Positions 28,647 through 41,009 of a stretch of DNA of 64,000 nt are shown in pieces. The position numbers and the translations under genes were made by a program. The notes beneath the pieces were generated by a model. That model was not told the DNA's origin. It saw nothing but the letters and a program-made list of their open reading frames with translations, and did no database searches. Source of the stretch: Longimicrobiales bacterium (GTDB taxonomy: Bacteria > Gemmatimonadota > Gemmatimonadetes > Longimicrobiales > Gaopeijiaceae); NCBI GenBank assembly GCA_965198065.1, contig CBDAON010000004.1, forward strand, positions 2,176,001-2,240,000, read 5' to 3'. The stretch's first letter is position 1. Each line of letters starts with the position of its first letter.

Positions 28647-30085
28647 ACCTGCGCCTCTACAACACGCTCTCCCGCCGGCTGGAGACCTTCGAGCCCCTAG
28701 CCCCGGGGAAGGCGACGATCTACGGCTGCGGGCCGACCGTTTACGGCCACGCGCACATCGGAAACTTCCGCACCTTCCTCTTCTACGACCTCGTGCATCG
28801 CTATCTAGCGTGGAAGGGGCTCCGGGTCCGTTTCGTCATGAACCTGACGGATGTGGACGACAAGACGATCCGGGCCGCGAGGGAGGCGGGGAAGACGCTG
28901 ACCGAGTACACGAAGCCCTTCGCCGAGTCGGTTATCGCGGAGTCCGACACCCTCGGCATCCGCCGGCTCGAGCGATATCCGCGAGCCACGATGTACATCG
29001 AGGAGATGGGCTGGCTGGTGAATCGGCTTCTCGAGGGAGGCCTGGCGTACCGGACCGACGACGGCTCGGTGTTTTACGACATCTCCGCGTTTCCGGGCTA
29101 CGGGAAGCTTTCGGGGACCGACCTCGAGGCCGGCCGCCCCGGGGAACGGGTCCAGGAGGACGATTACGGGAAGGACGACGTCCGGGACTTCGCGCTATGG
29201 AAGGGGGTGAAGCCTGGAGACGAAGAGGTGGGTGCGGCCTGGGACACGCCATGGGGAAAAGGACGCCCCGGTTGGCACCTCGAGTGCTCCGCGATGGCGC
29301 TCTCCGAGTTGGGTCAGACCATCGACCTGCACCTCGGTGGCGAGGACCTGGTCTTCCCGCACCACGAGGACGAGATCGCCCAGAGCGAGGGGGCGACGGG
29401 CCTCCCGTTCGCGCGGTACTGGCTGCACGTAAAGCACCTGCGCGTGGAAGGGAAGAAGATGTCCAAATCGGCCGGGAACTTCATTACCGTGCGGGATCTC
29501 CTGGATGAGGGGATCTTCCCGGCAGCGATCCGGCACCTCCTCATCTCCGCCCAGTACCGGAGCGACCTCAACTTTACGAGGGAGGGGCTTGAGGGCTCCA
29601 CGAAGGCGGTGAGGCGGCTGCTCGATTTCGAGGAACGTCTGAGCGCGCACCCGGTGAGCTCCGATGCGGCGCCCACGTCCCTGCCGGTCCTCGCGGACGA
29701 GGCCATGGCCTCGTTCACCGAGGCCATGGACGATGATCTGAACGTCTCGGGGGCGTTCGGAGCCCTCTTCGTGCTCCTCAATCGGACGAACACGCTCCTG
29801 GACGGGACGCCGGCTATCCAGCCGGTCGAGCGGGATCGGGCCCGGTCGGTCCTGGTCTCCCTGGATGAGGTCCTGGGGCTCCTTGAGGTTGGGCGCCGCG
29901 AGCGCGCGGTCGACCCCCAGCTCCGTGGGTGGGTCGAGGAGCGTATCGAAGCGAGGGCCCGGGCCCGAGACGAGAGGGATTGGGCGGCCGCCGACGCCAT
30001 CCGCCAGGAGCTCCTTGCCAGGGGGATCGTGCTGGAGGACGGGCCCGCCGGAACACGCTGGAAAGTCAATCCACACAACGGTTGA
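28643..30085 (+). CDS. cysS: Cysteine--tRNA ligase
   Basis: CGPTVY, HIGN, DFALWK, GRPGWHLECS, FPHHE, KMSKS. Confidence 0.96.
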   Translation: MNLRLYNTLSRRLETFEPLAPGKATIYGCGPTVYGHAHIGNFRTFLFYDLVHRYLAWKGLRVRFVMNLTDVDDKTIRAAREAGKTLTEYTKPFAESVIAESDTLGIRRLERYPRATMYIEEMGWLVNRLLEGGLAYRTDDGSVFYDISAFPGYGKLSGTDLEAGRPGERVQEDDYGKDDVRDFALWKGVKPGDEEVGAAWDTPWGKGRPGWHLECSAMALSELGQTIDLHLGGEDLVFPHHEDEIAQSEGATGLPFARYWLHVKHLRVEGKKMSKSAGNFITVRDLLDEGIFPAAIRHLLISAQYRSDLNFTREGLEGSTKAVRRLLDFEERLSAHPVSSDAAPTSLPVLADEAMASFTEAMDDDLNVSGAFGALFVLLNRTNTLLDGTPAIQPVERDRARSVLVSLDEVLGLLEVGRRERAVDPQLRGWVEERIEARARARDERDWAAADAIRQELLARGIVLEDGPAGTRWKVNPHNG

Positions 30086-30110
30086 CACCCCTGAAAGGGT
30101 CTTATAAAAT
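30082..30110 (+). promoter_or_regulatory. Near-consensus sigma70 promoter for the tRNA-tuf operon, overlapping the cysS stop
   Basis: TTGACA (30082-87), 17-bp spacer, TAAAAT (30105-10). Confidence 0.85.
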
Positions 30111-30126
30111 GAAAAGCTCTGTTCTC

Positions 30127-30199
30127 GCTGACGTAGCTCAATTGGTAGAGCAGCCGCCTTGTAAGCGGCAGGTTGTGGGTTCGAGTCCCGCCGTCAGCT
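30127..30199 (+). tRNA. tRNA-Thr(TGT)
   Basis: Acceptor GCTGACG/CGTCAGC; anticodon arm GCCGC-CTTGTAA-GCGGC; GGTTCGAG T-loop. Confidence 0.95.
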
Positions 30200-30258
30200 C
30201 CTTCGCCGTGCTCAGTGACCACGCCCCGCGTGTCGTGCGCACGGCGAAACGCTTGTGA

Positions 30259-30341
30259 GGTGGGGTACCGAAGCGGTCAAACGGGGCAGACTGTAAATCT
30301 GCTGGCTCAAGCCTTCGTAGGTTCGAATCCTACCCCCACCA
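30259..30341 (+). tRNA. tRNA-Tyr(GTA)
   Basis: Acceptor GGTGGGG/CCCCACC; anticodon arm GCAGA-CTGTAAA-TCTGC; long variable arm. Confidence 0.95.
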
Positions 30342-30415
30342 TGGCTCAGCCGGCGCCCCGGGAAGGCCGCGAGGACACCCGCCGGAGGGGAGGAAAGAAA
30401 CACAGCGCTCGCCAT

Positions 30416-30489
30416 GCGGGAGTAGCTCAGTTGGCTAGAGCATCAGCCTTCCAAGCTGAGGGTCGCGGGTTCGAGTCCCGTCTCCCGCT
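30416..30489 (+). tRNA. tRNA-Gly(TCC)
   Basis: Acceptor GCGGGAG/CTCCCGC; anticodon arm TCAGC-CTTCCAA-GCTGA. Confidence 0.95.
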
Positions 30490-30521
30490 CTCCGGTCCAG
30501 CTTGGAGGACCGGGCAGCAAG

Positions 30522-30593
30522 GCTCCGGTAGCTCAGGGGTAGAGCACTTCCTTGGTAAGGAAGGGGTCGAGGGTTCAACTCCCTCCCGGAGCT
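30522..30593 (+). tRNA. tRNA-Thr(GGT)
   Basis: Acceptor GCTCCGG/CCGGAGC; anticodon arm CTTCC-TTGGTAA-GGAAG. Confidence 0.95.
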
Positions 30594-30607
30594 CTGTGGG
30601 GAGGCGG

Positions 30608-30675
30608 GGATCCTGTGGGGGCGAGGATCCGACGACACGGAGAGAAGGATCCGGCGGGGGCGAGGACCCGACGAC
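30608..30675 (+). repeat. 29-bp imperfect direct repeat, 2 copies, period 39
   Basis: GGATCCTGTGGGGGCGAGGATCCGACGAC (30608-36) and GGATCCGGCGGGGGCGAGGACCCGACGAC (30647-75). Confidence 0.85.
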
Positions 30676-30724
30676 CGGCGTCGCGCTGGACTGATCGACG
30701 GAACTTCAAGAGGCGACCACACCG

Positions 30725-31924
<1,200 letters not shown>

Positions 31925-31930
31925 CCACCC

Positions 31931-32239
31931 TTGGTCGGCCGGATCCGTATTCGACTGAAGGCCTTCGACCACTGGGTCGTGGACCAGACTGCGTCGGACA
32001 TCGTGCGGGCCGCCGAGAAGACGGGCGCGACGGTGAAGGGGCCCATACCGCTTCCCACGAAGCGGGAGCGCTGGACGGTGCTCCGCGGGCCGCATATCGA
32101 CAAGAAGTCGAGAGAGCAGTTCGAGCTCCGGACGCATAAGAGGCTGATCGACATCATAGACAGCCGTACGGCCACGGTAGACGCGCTCACGAAGCTCGAG
32201 CTTCCAGCCGGCGTGGACGTCGAGATCAAGGTGGACTGA
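31931..32239 (+). CDS. rpsJ: 30S ribosomal protein S10
   Basis: [36 protein letters not shown] start. Confidence 0.97.
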   Translation: MVGRIRIRLKAFDHWVVDQTASDIVRAAEKTGATVKGPIPLPTKRERWTVLRGPHIDKKSREQFELRTHKRLIDIIDSRTATVDALTKLELPAGVDVEIKVD

Positions 32240-32290
32240 GGCAGGGCGATGCCGAGCGGCACCTGCAGGAATGGCGAGGGGAAGGGAGCC

Positions 32291-32908
32291 ATGGCGGGAA
32301 TCATCGGGCGGAAGGTCGGCATGATGCGGGTGTTCGACGACGAGGGAATGGCCGTCCCTTGCACAGTCGTCGAGGCCGGGCCGTGCCCCGTGGTCCACGT
32401 CGTGGACAGGGAGGACGCCGGCTATCGCGCGGTCCAGCTCGGGTTCGGGAGGAAGAAGGCAACGCGCTCGAGCATGGCAGAGACGGGTCACGCCCGGCGC
32501 GCGGGGCTGGACTACGCTCCCTTCGTGCTCCGCGAGTTCCGCTTCCCGGGGGACGCGTCCACGGAGTCCGGACAGGAGCTCACCGTAGATCAGTTCTCAC
32601 CCGGGGATCGGGTGAAGGTGACGGGGAAGTCCAAGGGACGCGGCTTCCAGGGGGTCGTGAAGCGGTACGGGTTCGCTGGGCGCCCCGCCTCGCACGGGCA
32701 CCCGATGTCCCGGAACCCCGGCTCCATGGGCCCGGGGACCGACCCCTCGAGGACGATCAAGGGGAAGCGGCTCCCGGGGCGTATGGGCGGGACCCGGACG
32801 ACGGTAAGGAACCTTCTGGTCGTGAAGGTAGACACCGAGCGGAACCTCCTTTTCGTGCGGGGAGGGCTTCCGGGCCCGCTGAACGGCCACCTCTTCATCA
32901 CCAAGTAA
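32291..32908 (+). CDS. rplC: 50S ribosomal protein L3
   Basis: GIIGRKVGM, SKGRGFQGVVKR, ASHG, PGRMG. Confidence 0.97.
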   Translation: MAGIIGRKVGMMRVFDDEGMAVPCTVVEAGPCPVVHVVDREDAGYRAVQLGFGRKKATRSSMAETGHARRAGLDYAPFVLREFRFPGDASTESGQELTVDQFSPGDRVKVTGKSKGRGFQGVVKRYGFAGRPASHGHPMSRNPGSMGPGTDPSRTIKGKRLPGRMGGTRTTVRNLLVVKVDTERNLLFVRGGLPGPLNGHLFITK

Positions 32909-32912
32909 TCCC

Positions 32913-33566
32913 ATGGCGAAAGCGCGTTATTACAAAGCTGACGGGAAGAAGGGCCGGGCGCGGGAGCTCCCCTCGGAGCTCTTCGACGACGAGGTGAACG
33001 AGGCGGTCCTGCACCGGGTCGTGAAGGCTCATCAGTCGAATCAGCGTCAGGGAACCGCCTCGGCGAAATCCCGGGGCGAGGTGCGGGGCGGAAGCCACAA
33101 GCCATGGAGGCAGAAGGGGACGGGTCGGGCGAGGCAGGGGACCATCCGGGCGCCACACTGGCCGGGCGGGGGGCGAGCGTTTCCGCCCCAACGCCACTCG
33201 TGGCGCGAGCGGGTCCCGAAGAAGGTGAAGGCGCTCGCCCGGCGCTCCGCCATGTCTGCCCGCGCGGGAGAGGATCGGGTCGTGCTGGTGGATCCCCTCG
33301 ACTACGAGAAGCCGGCGACTGGGCAGCTCGTGAGGTACCTCGAGGGGATCGACGCGCTGGGAAAGGTTCTCCTGCTCACGGACGGTGTGAAGCAGAACCT
33401 CGTGCGGTCAGGCCGGAACGTGCGCGAGCTCAAGGTGCTCCCCTTCGGGGAGGAGTCCACCTACGACATCCTGTGGGCCGGAACCGTCGTGATTGAGCGC
33501 ACGGCCGTCGAACGGCTCGCCGAGGCTGCCGAGACGGATGAGGACGGAGAGGCCGCCGATGCGTGA
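32913..33566 (+). CDS. rplD: 50S ribosomal protein L4
   Basis: [30 protein letters not shown]. Confidence 0.97.
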   Translation: MAKARYYKADGKKGRARELPSELFDDEVNEAVLHRVVKAHQSNQRQGTASAKSRGEVRGGSHKPWRQKGTGRARQGTIRAPHWPGGGRAFPPQRHSWRERVPKKVKALARRSAMSARAGEDRVVLVDPLDYEKPATGQLVRYLEGIDALGKVLLLTDGVKQNLVRSGRNVRELKVLPFGEESTYDILWAGTVVIERTAVERLAEAAETDEDGEAADA

Positions 33567-33870
33567 TCTCTACGACGTGATCGTGGCGCCGGTCGTGACC
33601 GAGAAGGCCGCCGGGGAGCAGGCGGCGAGCAACGTCTACACGTTCATCGTCCACCGCCAGGCGAACAAGCATCAGATTGCCAAGGCGGTCGAGGCCGTGT
33701 GGGACGTCGAGGTCGAGGCGGTTTGGACCGCGAGATATCAGGGGAAAGCCCGCCGGGCCATGCTAGGAAGGATGTCGGCACAGGCTCCCGTGGGGCGGAG
33801 GCCTGCCTACAAGAAGGCGAGAGTTCGCCTGACCGAGGGCGACAGCATCGAGTTCTACGAGGTCGGGTGA
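33559..33870 (+). CDS. rplW: 50S ribosomal protein L23
   Basis: [31 protein letters not shown]. Confidence 0.95.
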   Translation: MRDLYDVIVAPVVTEKAAGEQAASNVYTFIVHRQANKHQIAKAVEAVWDVEVEAVWTARYQGKARRAMLGRMSAQAPVGRRPAYKKARVRLTEGDSIEFYEVG

Positions 33871-33889
33871 GAAAGCGCGGGAGACGACG

Positions 33890-34729
33890 ATGCCGCTGAA
33901 GAAATTCAAGCCAGTTACGGCCGGTAGCCGGTTCCGGGCAACGGTCGAGACCTCGGAGATCACGCGGCACGAACCCGAACGGTCGCTCACCGAGGGGCTC
34001 TCCCAAAGCGGCGGGCGGAACCACCACGGCCGCATGACCACGCGGCGGCGCGGCGGGGGACACAAGCGCCTGTACCGGAAGATCGACTTCCGGAGGGATA
34101 AGCTCGAGGTTCCGGGACGGGTCACCGAGATCGAGTACGATCCGAACCGCACGGCGTTCATCGCCCTCGTCTCGTATGCCGACGGAGAGAAGCGCTACAT
34201 CCTCCAGCCGCGCGGGCTTAAGGTCGGGGACCAGGTGATCGCCGGTCAGGCGGCGGACATCGTCGTGGGGCACTCGCACAAGTTGTTGCGGATCCCGCTC
34301 GGCACCGTGGTCCACAACGTGGAGCTCAAGCCCGGAAAGGGCGGCCAGCTGGCCCGCTCCGCGGGCTCGGGAGTGACGGTTGTGGCCAAGGAGGGGGATT
34401 ACGTCACCGTGCGCCTGCCCTCGAGCGAGGTGAGGCGGCTCCGGAACGAGTGCACCGCCACGATTGGTCAGGTGGGGAACGTGGACCACGAGCTCCGGGT
34501 GCTGGGCAAGGCTGGGGCCAACCGCTGGCAAGGGCGCCGGCCCAAAGTCCGTGGGGTGGCCATGAACCCGGTCGACCATCCGCTGGGCGGTGGTGAGGGT
34601 CGCTCGTCGGGCGGCCGCCCTCCGTGCAGCCCCTGGGGCAAGCCGGAGGGGGTGAAGACACGGAAGGGGAACAAGGACTCCACGAAGAACATCCTTCGGG
34701 GACGTCGCCGTGGGAAGGCGACGCAGTAA
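33890..34729 (+). CDS. rplB: 50S ribosomal protein L2
   Basis: [37 protein letters not shown]. Confidence 0.98.
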   Translation: MPLKKFKPVTAGSRFRATVETSEITRHEPERSLTEGLSQSGGRNHHGRMTTRRRGGGHKRLYRKIDFRRDKLEVPGRVTEIEYDPNRTAFIALVSYADGEKRYILQPRGLKVGDQVIAGQAADIVVGHSHKLLRIPLGTVVHNVELKPGKGGQLARSAGSGVTVVAKEGDYVTVRLPSSEVRRLRNECTATIGQVGNVDHELRVLGKAGANRWQGRRPKVRGVAMNPVDHPLGGGEGRSSGGRPPCSPWGKPEGVKTRKGNKDSTKNILRGRRRGKATQ

Positions 34730-34780
34730 GGAGACGGGCGCGAGGCCGGAACCGGCTGCGCCCGAGCACGGAAGGCGCCG

Positions 34781-35077
34781 ATGCCACGTAGCGTAAAGAA
34801 GGGACCGTACATCGCCGAGAAGCTGCTCCTCAAGGTGCAGGTGATGAACTCTCGGAACGAGAAGCGCGTGATCAAGACATGGTCGCGCTCGTCCACGATC
34901 TCTCCCGACTTCGTCGGGCACACGATCGCCGTGCACAACGGGAACAAGTTCGTCCCGGTGTACATCACCGAGAACATGGTGGGGCACAAGCTGGGTGAGT
35001 TCTCCCCGACGCGGCTCTTCCGCGGGCACGGGGGAAGGCTCTCGGACAAGAAGGTGAAGCCGGCCGGGCCGGCCTGA
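34781..35077 (+). CDS. rpsS: 30S ribosomal protein S19
   Basis: [30 protein letters not shown]. Confidence 0.98.
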   Translation: MPRSVKKGPYIAEKLLLKVQVMNSRNEKRVIKTWSRSSTISPDFVGHTIAVHNGNKFVPVYITENMVGHKLGEFSPTRLFRGHGGRLSDKKVKPAGPA

Positions 35078-35153
35078 CTGCCGGGCGGTCCGGGAACGAG
35101 CGAAGCGCCGTACAAGCGCGACGCGAAGGACAGGCGAGGACGAGGAGAAGGCG

Positions 35154-35543
35154 ATGCGCGCGAGGGCCGTTTCGAAGTACATCCGCATGAGCCCCCGAAA
35201 GGTGCGGCTCGTGGTGGATCAGATCCGGGGCGTCCCCCTGAACGAGGCGTACGCGCTCCTCCAGTTCTCGAAGAAGGCGGCCGCCGTCCCGGTTGAGAAG
35301 GCTCTCCGCTCTGCGGTCGCCAACGCGCAGTACAGGGGAGAGAGTCAGGGCAACGTGGTGGATGCCGACGAGCTGGTGGTGCGCGAGGCGTACGTGAATG
35401 AAGGACCGACGTTCAAGCGATACCGCGCGGCGGCGATGGGGAGGGCGACTCCGATCCGGAAGCGGACGAGCCACATCACAGTCGTCGTGGACACGAGGGC
35501 CGGTCTGGGTGATGAGCGCGGTCGTGCGGAGGGAGTGAGCTGA
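35154..35543 (+). CDS. rplV: 50S ribosomal protein L22
   Basis: RMSPRKVRLVVDQIRG, SAVANA, IRKRTSHITVVV. Confidence 0.97.
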   Translation: MRARAVSKYIRMSPRKVRLVVDQIRGVPLNEAYALLQFSKKAAAVPVEKALRSAVANAQYRGESQGNVVDADELVVREAYVNEGPTFKRYRAAAMGRATPIRKRTSHITVVVDTRAGLGDERGRAEGVS

Positions 35544-36203
35544 ATGGGACAGAAGACGCACCCGATTGGGTTCCGGCTGGGCATCACGAAGGAGTGGAGG
35601 TCCAACTGGTATGCCGAGAAGGATTTCCCCGGGCTCCTCCGGGAGGACGAGACGATCCGGCGCTATCTCGAGCGGCGGTTGGTCCACGCGGCGCTCTCCT
35701 CGATCTACATCGACCGGAAGCCGTCCAAGATCGTGGTCACGATTCACACGGCCCGCCCGGGGGTGGTGATCGGGAAGCGTGGGGCGGAGGTGGACAAGCT
35801 CCGGGACGAGCTGGGTGTCCTGACGAACGCCGAGGTGTCGGTGAACATCGAGGAAGTGAAGCGTCCGGAGCTCGATGCGAGGCTCGTCGCGGACAACGTG
35901 GCGCACCAGATCCGGAACCGGATCTCGTTCCGCCGCGCGATGAAGCGAGCGCTCCAGTCCGCGCAACGTGCGGGAGCCGAGGGCATCCGGATCAAGTGCT
36001 CCGGGCGCCTGGGCGGGGCCGAGATCGCGCGGACCGAGGGGTACAGCGAGGGGCGGGTGCCCTTGCATACGCTTCGGGCGGACATCGACTACGCGAACGT
36101 TGAAGCGCAAACGACCTACGGAACCGTGGGCGTCAAGTGCTGGATCTTCCTCGGCGAGGTCGTGGACGAGCGGCGCGGCCGCACGTACTCGACCGACGTC
36201 TGA
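35544..36203 (+). CDS. rpsC: 30S ribosomal protein S3
   Basis: [37 protein letters not shown]. Confidence 0.98.
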   Translation: MGQKTHPIGFRLGITKEWRSNWYAEKDFPGLLREDETIRRYLERRLVHAALSSIYIDRKPSKIVVTIHTARPGVVIGKRGAEVDKLRDELGVLTNAEVSVNIEEVKRPELDARLVADNVAHQIRNRISFRRAMKRALQSAQRAGAEGIRIKCSGRLGGAEIARTEGYSEGRVPLHTLRADIDYANVEAQTTYGTVGVKCWIFLGEVVDERRGRTYSTDV

Positions 36204-36224
36204 TCGTCAACGGGGATCGCGACC

Positions 36225-36647
36225 ATGTTCTCACCGAAGCGCGTCAAGTTCCGGAAACAGCACAAGGGCCGGATGCGTGGGGCCGCTCAGCGGGGGAATC
36301 GGGTCTCCTTTGGCCAGTATGGGCTCCAGGCTGTCCAGGCGGCGTGGATTTCGAGCCGGCAGATCGAAGCCGCCCGTATCGCGATGACCCGGCACATCAA
36401 GCGGGGCGGCAAGATCTGGATCCGAATCTTCCCCGACAAGCCGACTACGTCGAAGCCCGCCGAGACCCGGATGGGGAAAGGGAAGGGAAACCCCGAGGGC
36501 TGGGTGGCCGTGGTGAGACCGGGCCGCATGATGTTCGAGATGGAGGGCGTCGACCGGGCCACCGCCGAGAAGGCGATGCGCCTGGCCGCCGCGAAGCTCC
36601 CGATCAAGACGCGTTTCGTGATCCGGGACGAGGAGCTGGGAGGGTAA
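36225..36647 (+). CDS. rplP: 50S ribosomal protein L16
   Basis: [31 protein letters not shown]. Confidence 0.98.
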   Translation: MFSPKRVKFRKQHKGRMRGAAQRGNRVSFGQYGLQAVQAAWISSRQIEAARIAMTRHIKRGGKIWIRIFPDKPTTSKPAETRMGKGKGNPEGWVAVVRPGRMMFEMEGVDRATAEKAMRLAAAKLPIKTRFVIRDEELGG

Positions 36648-36651
36648 GGAC

Positions 36652-36870
36652 TTGACCGCGGCGGACATCCGGGAGATGACGGATCAGCAGATCCGCGAGC
36701 GCATGGGCGAGCTCCGCGAGGAGCTGTTCCGGCTGCGTGTGCGGAGCGCGATGATGTCGCTCGAGAACCCGCACCTGCCGAGGCAGGTGCGCCGAGAGAT
36801 CGCGCGGATGAAGACGATCCTTGGGCAGCGCGAGCTCGGAGGCCAAGCGGGCGAACGGGAGAAGAGATGA
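36652..36870 (+). CDS. rpmC: 50S ribosomal protein L29
   Basis: [27 protein letters not shown]; position in operon. Confidence 0.93.
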   Translation: MTAADIREMTDQQIRERMGELREELFRLRVRSAMMSLENPHLPRQVRREIARMKTILGQRELGGQAGEREKR

Positions 36871-37181
36871 GCGACGACGTCGCGAGGGAAGGGTCCGCTC
36901 CGGGCACGGAGGCCGCGACCGCCCGCGGGAGCGGGAGGAAGGTGCGGCAGGGGAGGGTGGTCAGCGACAAGGGTCGGAAGACCGTTGTTGTCCGCGTGGA
37001 CCGTCGCATCCGGCACCCGCTCTACCACAAGTCCCTGGTGCGCTCGAAGAAGTATCACGCCCACGACGAGAAGGACGAATACCGGGTCGGAGACGTCGTG
37101 AGGATCCAGGAGACACGCCCCCTCTCCAGGATGAAACGTTGGTGCGTGATCGAGCTGGTCGAGCGGCCGGCCCGGGCGTAA
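36867..37181 (+). CDS. rpsQ: 30S ribosomal protein S17
   Basis: GRVVSDK..KTVVV, HPLY, KYHAHDE, ETRPLS. Confidence 0.96.
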   Translation: MSDDVAREGSAPGTEAATARGSGRKVRQGRVVSDKGRKTVVVRVDRRIRHPLYHKSLVRSKKYHAHDEKDEYRVGDVVRIQETRPLSRMKRWCVIELVERPARA

Positions 37182-37228
37182 CCGCTGGACCGAAGCGTGG
37201 GCGGCTGAGGCGATAGGAGCCCCGAGCG

Positions 37229-37597
37229 ATGATACAGCAGGAGTCGATCCTCCGGATCGCGGACAACACTGGCGCCAAGCGGGCGCTCTGCATCCGCGTT
37301 CTCGGAGGATCCCGTCGTCGCTACGCGCGCGTCGGGGACGTGATCATCGTGACGATCAAGGACGCGATCCCCAACGCCGGCGTGAAGAAGGGTGAGGTCG
37401 CGCGCGCCGTGATCGTGCGGACCGCGAAGGAGATCCGGCGCAAGGACGGCTCTCACATCCGCTTCGACGACAACGCGGCCGTGCTGATCACCGACACGGG
37501 TGAGCCTCGAGGGACCCGGATCTTCGGCCCTGTGGGCCGCGAGCTGCGTGACAAGAAGTACATGAAGATCGTGTCTCTGGCTCCCGAGGTGCTGTGA
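37229..37597 (+). CDS. rplN: 50S ribosomal protein L14
   Basis: [32 protein letters not shown]. Confidence 0.98.
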   Translation: MIQQESILRIADNTGAKRALCIRVLGGSRRRYARVGDVIIVTIKDAIPNAGVKKGEVARAVIVRTAKEIRRKDGSHIRFDDNAAVLITDTGEPRGTRIFGPVGRELRDKKYMKIVSLAPEVL

Positions 37598-37962
37598 TGC
37601 GGAAGAAGGAGGCCCCCTCCGAGAGGAAGAAGCCACGGATCGTGAGGGGCGACCGCGTTCGCGTGATTCGCGGGAACTTCCGCGACATGGAGGGACGGGT
37701 CCTGCGCGTTGACCGCAACGAGGAGCGGGTCGTGGTGGAAGGCGTGAATATGAGGAAGCGGCATCGGCGGCCGTCGCCAAAGGATCCCGAGGGCGGGATC
37801 ATGTCGTTCGAGGCGCCGATTCACGTCTCGAATGTGATGCTGATCGATCCGTCCTCGGCCGAGCCGTCACGGCTCCGCACGCGGGTGGACAAAGACGGCA
37901 CGAAGGAGCGGATCGCCGTCAAGTCGGGGAACCCGGTTCCGCGCCTGCAGGGTGGGGTCTGA
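37594..37962 (+). CDS. rplX: 50S ribosomal protein L24
   Basis: [27 protein letters not shown]. Confidence 0.96.
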   Translation: MMRKKEAPSERKKPRIVRGDRVRVIRGNFRDMEGRVLRVDRNEERVVVEGVNMRKRHRRPSPKDPEGGIMSFEAPIHVSNVMLIDPSSAEPSRLRTRVDKDGTKERIAVKSGNPVPRLQGGV

Positions 37963-37964
37963 GG

Positions 37965-38666
37965 ATGGCGAAGAAGACGAGCGAGAAGGGCGACAAGGCC
38001 GAAAAGCGGACAGCTTCCAAGAAGAAGGGGTCCGGGTCGGCCAAGGGCTCCGCCAAGAGAGGCGGTGAAGCCCAGAGCGCCATGCCGCGGGATGAGGCCC
38101 CGGAGCCGAGGCTTCTACAGCACTACCGGGACCGGGTGAAGCGCAAGCTCCTGGAGGAGTTCCGGTTCAAGAACGACCATCAGGTGCCGCGCGTGGTCAA
38201 GGTCGTGGTCAACGTCGGCATCGGGGACGCCAGTCGAAACCAGAAGCTTCTGGACTCCGTGGTGGCGGAGCTGGCGTCGATAAGCGGTCAGAAGCCGGTG
38301 ATCACGCGGGCCCGGAAGTCGATATCGAACTTCTCGCTCCGCGAGGGCGTGCCCGTGGGCGTGTCGGTCACGCTCCGGAAGGGACGCATGTACGAGTTTC
38401 TGGACCGCCTGATCAGCGCGGCCATCCCACGCGTCCGGGACTTCCGTGGCGTGCCGACGCGGTCGTTCGACGGGCGCGGGAACTACACGCTCGGCGTGAA
38501 GGAGCAGATCATCTTCCCGGAGATCGAGTACGACGCCGTCGAGAAGGTGCACGGAATGGACATCACGGTCGTGACCTCGACGGACCAAGACGCCGAGGCG
38601 TACGCGCTCCTCCGCGAGCTCGGCTTTCCGTTCCGGGGCGAGACACCGGTCCCGATCCTGGCGTAA
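37965..38666 (+). CDS. rplE: 50S ribosomal protein L5 with Lys-rich N-terminal extension
   Basis: [46 protein letters not shown]. Confidence 0.97.
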   Translation: MAKKTSEKGDKAEKRTASKKKGSGSAKGSAKRGGEAQSAMPRDEAPEPRLLQHYRDRVKRKLLEEFRFKNDHQVPRVVKVVVNVGIGDASRNQKLLDSVVAELASISGQKPVITRARKSISNFSLREGVPVGVSVTLRKGRMYEFLDRLISAAIPRVRDFRGVPTRSFDGRGNYTLGVKEQIIFPEIEYDAVEKVHGMDITVVTSTDQDAEAYALLRELGFPFRGETPVPILA

Positions 38667-38680
38667 GGAAGGAAGATTCG

Positions 38681-38866
38681 ATGGCGAGAAAGGCCCTGAT
38701 CGAAAAGTCGAAGCGGAAGCCCAAGTTCGGGGTGCGTGCGCGACACCGCTGCAACCGATGCGGGCGTCCCCGTGGGTTCCTGCGTAAATTCGGGCTCTGC
38801 CGGATCTGCTTCCGAGAGTTGGCGCTCAAGGGGGAGATCCCGGGGGTCCGGAAGGCGAGCTGGTAG
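38681..38866 (+). CDS. rpsN: 30S ribosomal protein S14, zinc-binding type Z
   Basis: [26 protein letters not shown]. Confidence 0.97.
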   Translation: MARKALIEKSKRKPKFGVRARHRCNRCGRPRGFLRKFGLCRICFRELALKGEIPGVRKASW

Positions 38867-38880
38867 GGGATACGCGCGAC

Positions 38881-39273
38881 ATGATGACCGATCCGATCGC
38901 AGACATGCTCACGCGGCTCCGGAACGCCGCGCAGGCGGGGCACCGCTGGGCCGACATGCCGGTGTCCAAGCAAAAGGTCGAGGTGGCCCGGATCCTCAAG
39001 GAGAACCACTTCGTCTTCGACTACAAGCAACTGGACGACGGCCGTCACGGGGTGCTTCGTGTCTACCTCAAATACCACGAAGGCCAGCCGATCATCCGCC
39101 AGCTCAAGAGGGTGTCCACGCCGGGGCGGCGTCGTTACGTCGGGGCGGGCGAGATCCCCAGGGTTCGAAACGGCCTCGGAATGGCCATCCTCTCCACCTC
39201 CCGGGGCGTGCTCTCGGACCGGGACGCGCGGAAGGCGGGTGTGGGCGGCGAGCTCATGGCCCTGGTCTGGTGA
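38881..39273 (+). CDS. rpsH: 30S ribosomal protein S8
   Basis: [34 protein letters not shown]. Confidence 0.97.
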   Translation: MMTDPIADMLTRLRNAAQAGHRWADMPVSKQKVEVARILKENHFVFDYKQLDDGRHGVLRVYLKYHEGQPIIRQLKRVSTPGRRRYVGAGEIPRVRNGLGMAILSTSRGVLSDRDARKAGVGGELMALVW

Positions 39274-39278
39274 CGGCG

Positions 39279-39818
39279 ATGTCGAGAGTCGGTCAGCGCC
39301 CGGTCGAGGTCCCCAAAGGAGTCGAGGTTCGCCTCGAGGGCCGAACCGTCTACGTGAAGGGCCCGAAGGGTGCCCTCTCGATGGAGGCGCATTCCGACGT
39401 GCGGGTGGCCGTCGAGGACGGGCAGGTTATCGTTAGCCGTCCGTCCGACCAGCCGAGGCACAAAGCGCTGCACGGTCTCACGCGATCGCTGATCTCGAAC
39501 ATGGTCTCGGGGGTCACGAAGGGGTTCGAGAGGAAGCTGGAGATCCAAGGCGTCGGTTACCGCGCGGAGAAGAAGGGCAACGGAATCACACTGCATGTGG
39601 GCTACTCGCACACGGTGACGTATCCCGCTCCCTCCGGGATCTCGCTCGAGACGCCGAGCCCGACCGAGATCGTCGTGAGAGGTCCGGACAAGGCGCTGGT
39701 GGGACAGGTGGCGGCCGAGATCCGGGGCGTGCGCCCTCCGGAGCCGTACAAGGGGAAGGGGATCCGCTATGCGGGCGAGCAGGTCCGCCGGAAGGCCGGA
39801 AAGACGGCCACCGTGTAG
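39279..39818 (+). CDS. rplF: 50S ribosomal protein L6
   Basis: [31 protein letters not shown]. Confidence 0.97.
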   Translation: MSRVGQRPVEVPKGVEVRLEGRTVYVKGPKGALSMEAHSDVRVAVEDGQVIVSRPSDQPRHKALHGLTRSLISNMVSGVTKGFERKLEIQGVGYRAEKKGNGITLHVGYSHTVTYPAPSGISLETPSPTEIVVRGPDKALVGQVAAEIRGVRPPEPYKGKGIRYAGEQVRRKAGKTATV

Positions 39819-39874
39819 GAGCTGGCGACGAAGGGCTGGACACGGTGGGCGGTCGAGAACCGTAGGAGAGCGTC

Positions 39875-40267
39875 GTGAGCACGGTCAAGTACTCGAAGGT
39901 CAGAAAGAGCCGGAGCCTCCAGCGGGCCCGGCGGCATCTCCGGGTCCGGAGCAAGGTCGCGGGGAGCGCCGAGCGGCCCCGCCTCGTCGTATACCGTTCC
40001 CTCAGGAACACGGAGGGCCAGCTCGTGGACGACGAAGCCGGGAGGACGATTCTCGGCCTTTCGACGCTCGCCCCGGAGCTCCGGAGCCTTCCCAGGGAAG
40101 AGAAGAATCCCAAGGTTGCGCATGCCAAGGCCGCCGGAAAGCTCCTCGCCGAGAAGGCCCGCGAGAAGGGGATCGAGGCGGTCGTCTTCGATCGCGGGGG
40201 TTATCGGTATCACGGCCGCGTGAAGGCTTTCGCCGACGGCGCGCGTGAAGGAGGGCTCAAGTTCTGA
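39875..40267 (+). CDS. rplR: 50S ribosomal protein L18
   Basis: [37 protein letters not shown]. Confidence 0.97.
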   Translation: MSTVKYSKVRKSRSLQRARRHLRVRSKVAGSAERPRLVVYRSLRNTEGQLVDDEAGRTILGLSTLAPELRSLPREEKNPKVAHAKAAGKLLAEKAREKGIEAVVFDRGGYRYHGRVKAFADGAREGGLKF

Positions 40268-40800
40268 TGGCGAAGAACAGGGAGCGGAGCCGGGGTCGCG
40301 ACCGGGAGCGCGAGAGCGACGTCATCGAAACGGTGATCCACATCAACCGGGTATCCAAGGTCGTGAAGGGCGGCCGGCGCTTCTCGTTTACGGCCCTGGT
40401 GGTCGTCGGGGACAAGAAGGGACGGGTCGGCGTCTATCTCGCCAAGGCCAATGAAGTCGCCGAGGCGATCCGCAAGGGAATGGAGCACGCCAAGCGTCAC
40501 ATGGTCGACCTGAAGATCGTGAACGGCACGATCCCCCACGAGATCGTGGGGGAGTGGGGGGCTGGGCGGGTCCTTCTCCGCCCCGCCGCGCCCGGCACCG
40601 GCGTGATCGCGGGGGGCCCGGTGCGCGCCGTCATGGACGCGGCCGGCGTCACGGACATCCTCACGAAGAGCCTCGGCACGAACAACCCGATCAACGTGGT
40701 GCGGGCCACCTTGGACGGTCTAACGCACCTGGTGACTCCGGCGCAGGCCGCGCGTGAGCGCGGCGTCTCGCCCGGAGCCCTGGGGGTCCGCGGTGCCTAG
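40267..40800 (+). CDS. rpsE: 30S ribosomal protein S5
   Basis: [33 protein letters not shown]. Confidence 0.97.
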   Translation: MAKNRERSRGRDRERESDVIETVIHINRVSKVVKGGRRFSFTALVVVGDKKGRVGVYLAKANEVAEAIRKGMEHAKRHMVDLKIVNGTIPHEIVGEWGAGRVLLRPAAPGTGVIAGGPVRAVMDAAGVTDILTKSLGTNNPINVVRATLDGLTHLVTPAQAARERGVSPGALGVRGA

Positions 40801-41002
40801 GAAGTCCAAGGCCGCTCCAGGCAAGATCGCGATTACGCAGGTGCGAAGCGGCATCGGACGCCCGAAGCCGCATCGGTTGACGCTTCGAGCGCTCGGGTTC
40901 ACCCGGCATCAGCAGACGCTGGTCCACGACGACACGCCGGCGATCCGGGGGATGATCGCGAAGGTCAGGCATCTCGTCTCCGTCGCGCCCGTGGAGGAGT
41001 AA
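40793..41002 (+). CDS. rpmD: 50S ribosomal protein L30
   Basis: [32 protein letters not shown]. Confidence 0.93.
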   Translation: MPRKSKAAPGKIAITQVRSGIGRPKPHRLTLRALGFTRHQQTLVHDDTPAIRGMIAKVRHLVSVAPVEE

Positions 41003-41009
41003 GGGAAGA

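Noticed and set aside
30127..30593. tRNA cluster as an integration site for a prophage or island
   Set aside because: No integrase and no duplicated tRNA 3' end seen in the window.
30608..30675. Repeat-spacer-repeat as a mini CRISPR array
   Set aside because: Only two imperfect copies with a 10-bp spacer and no cas genes in the window.
37965..38110. Lys-rich N-terminal extension of L5, and rpmB appended after rplQ
   Set aside because: Ordinary lineage-level variation in ribosomal operons; no sign of a new function.
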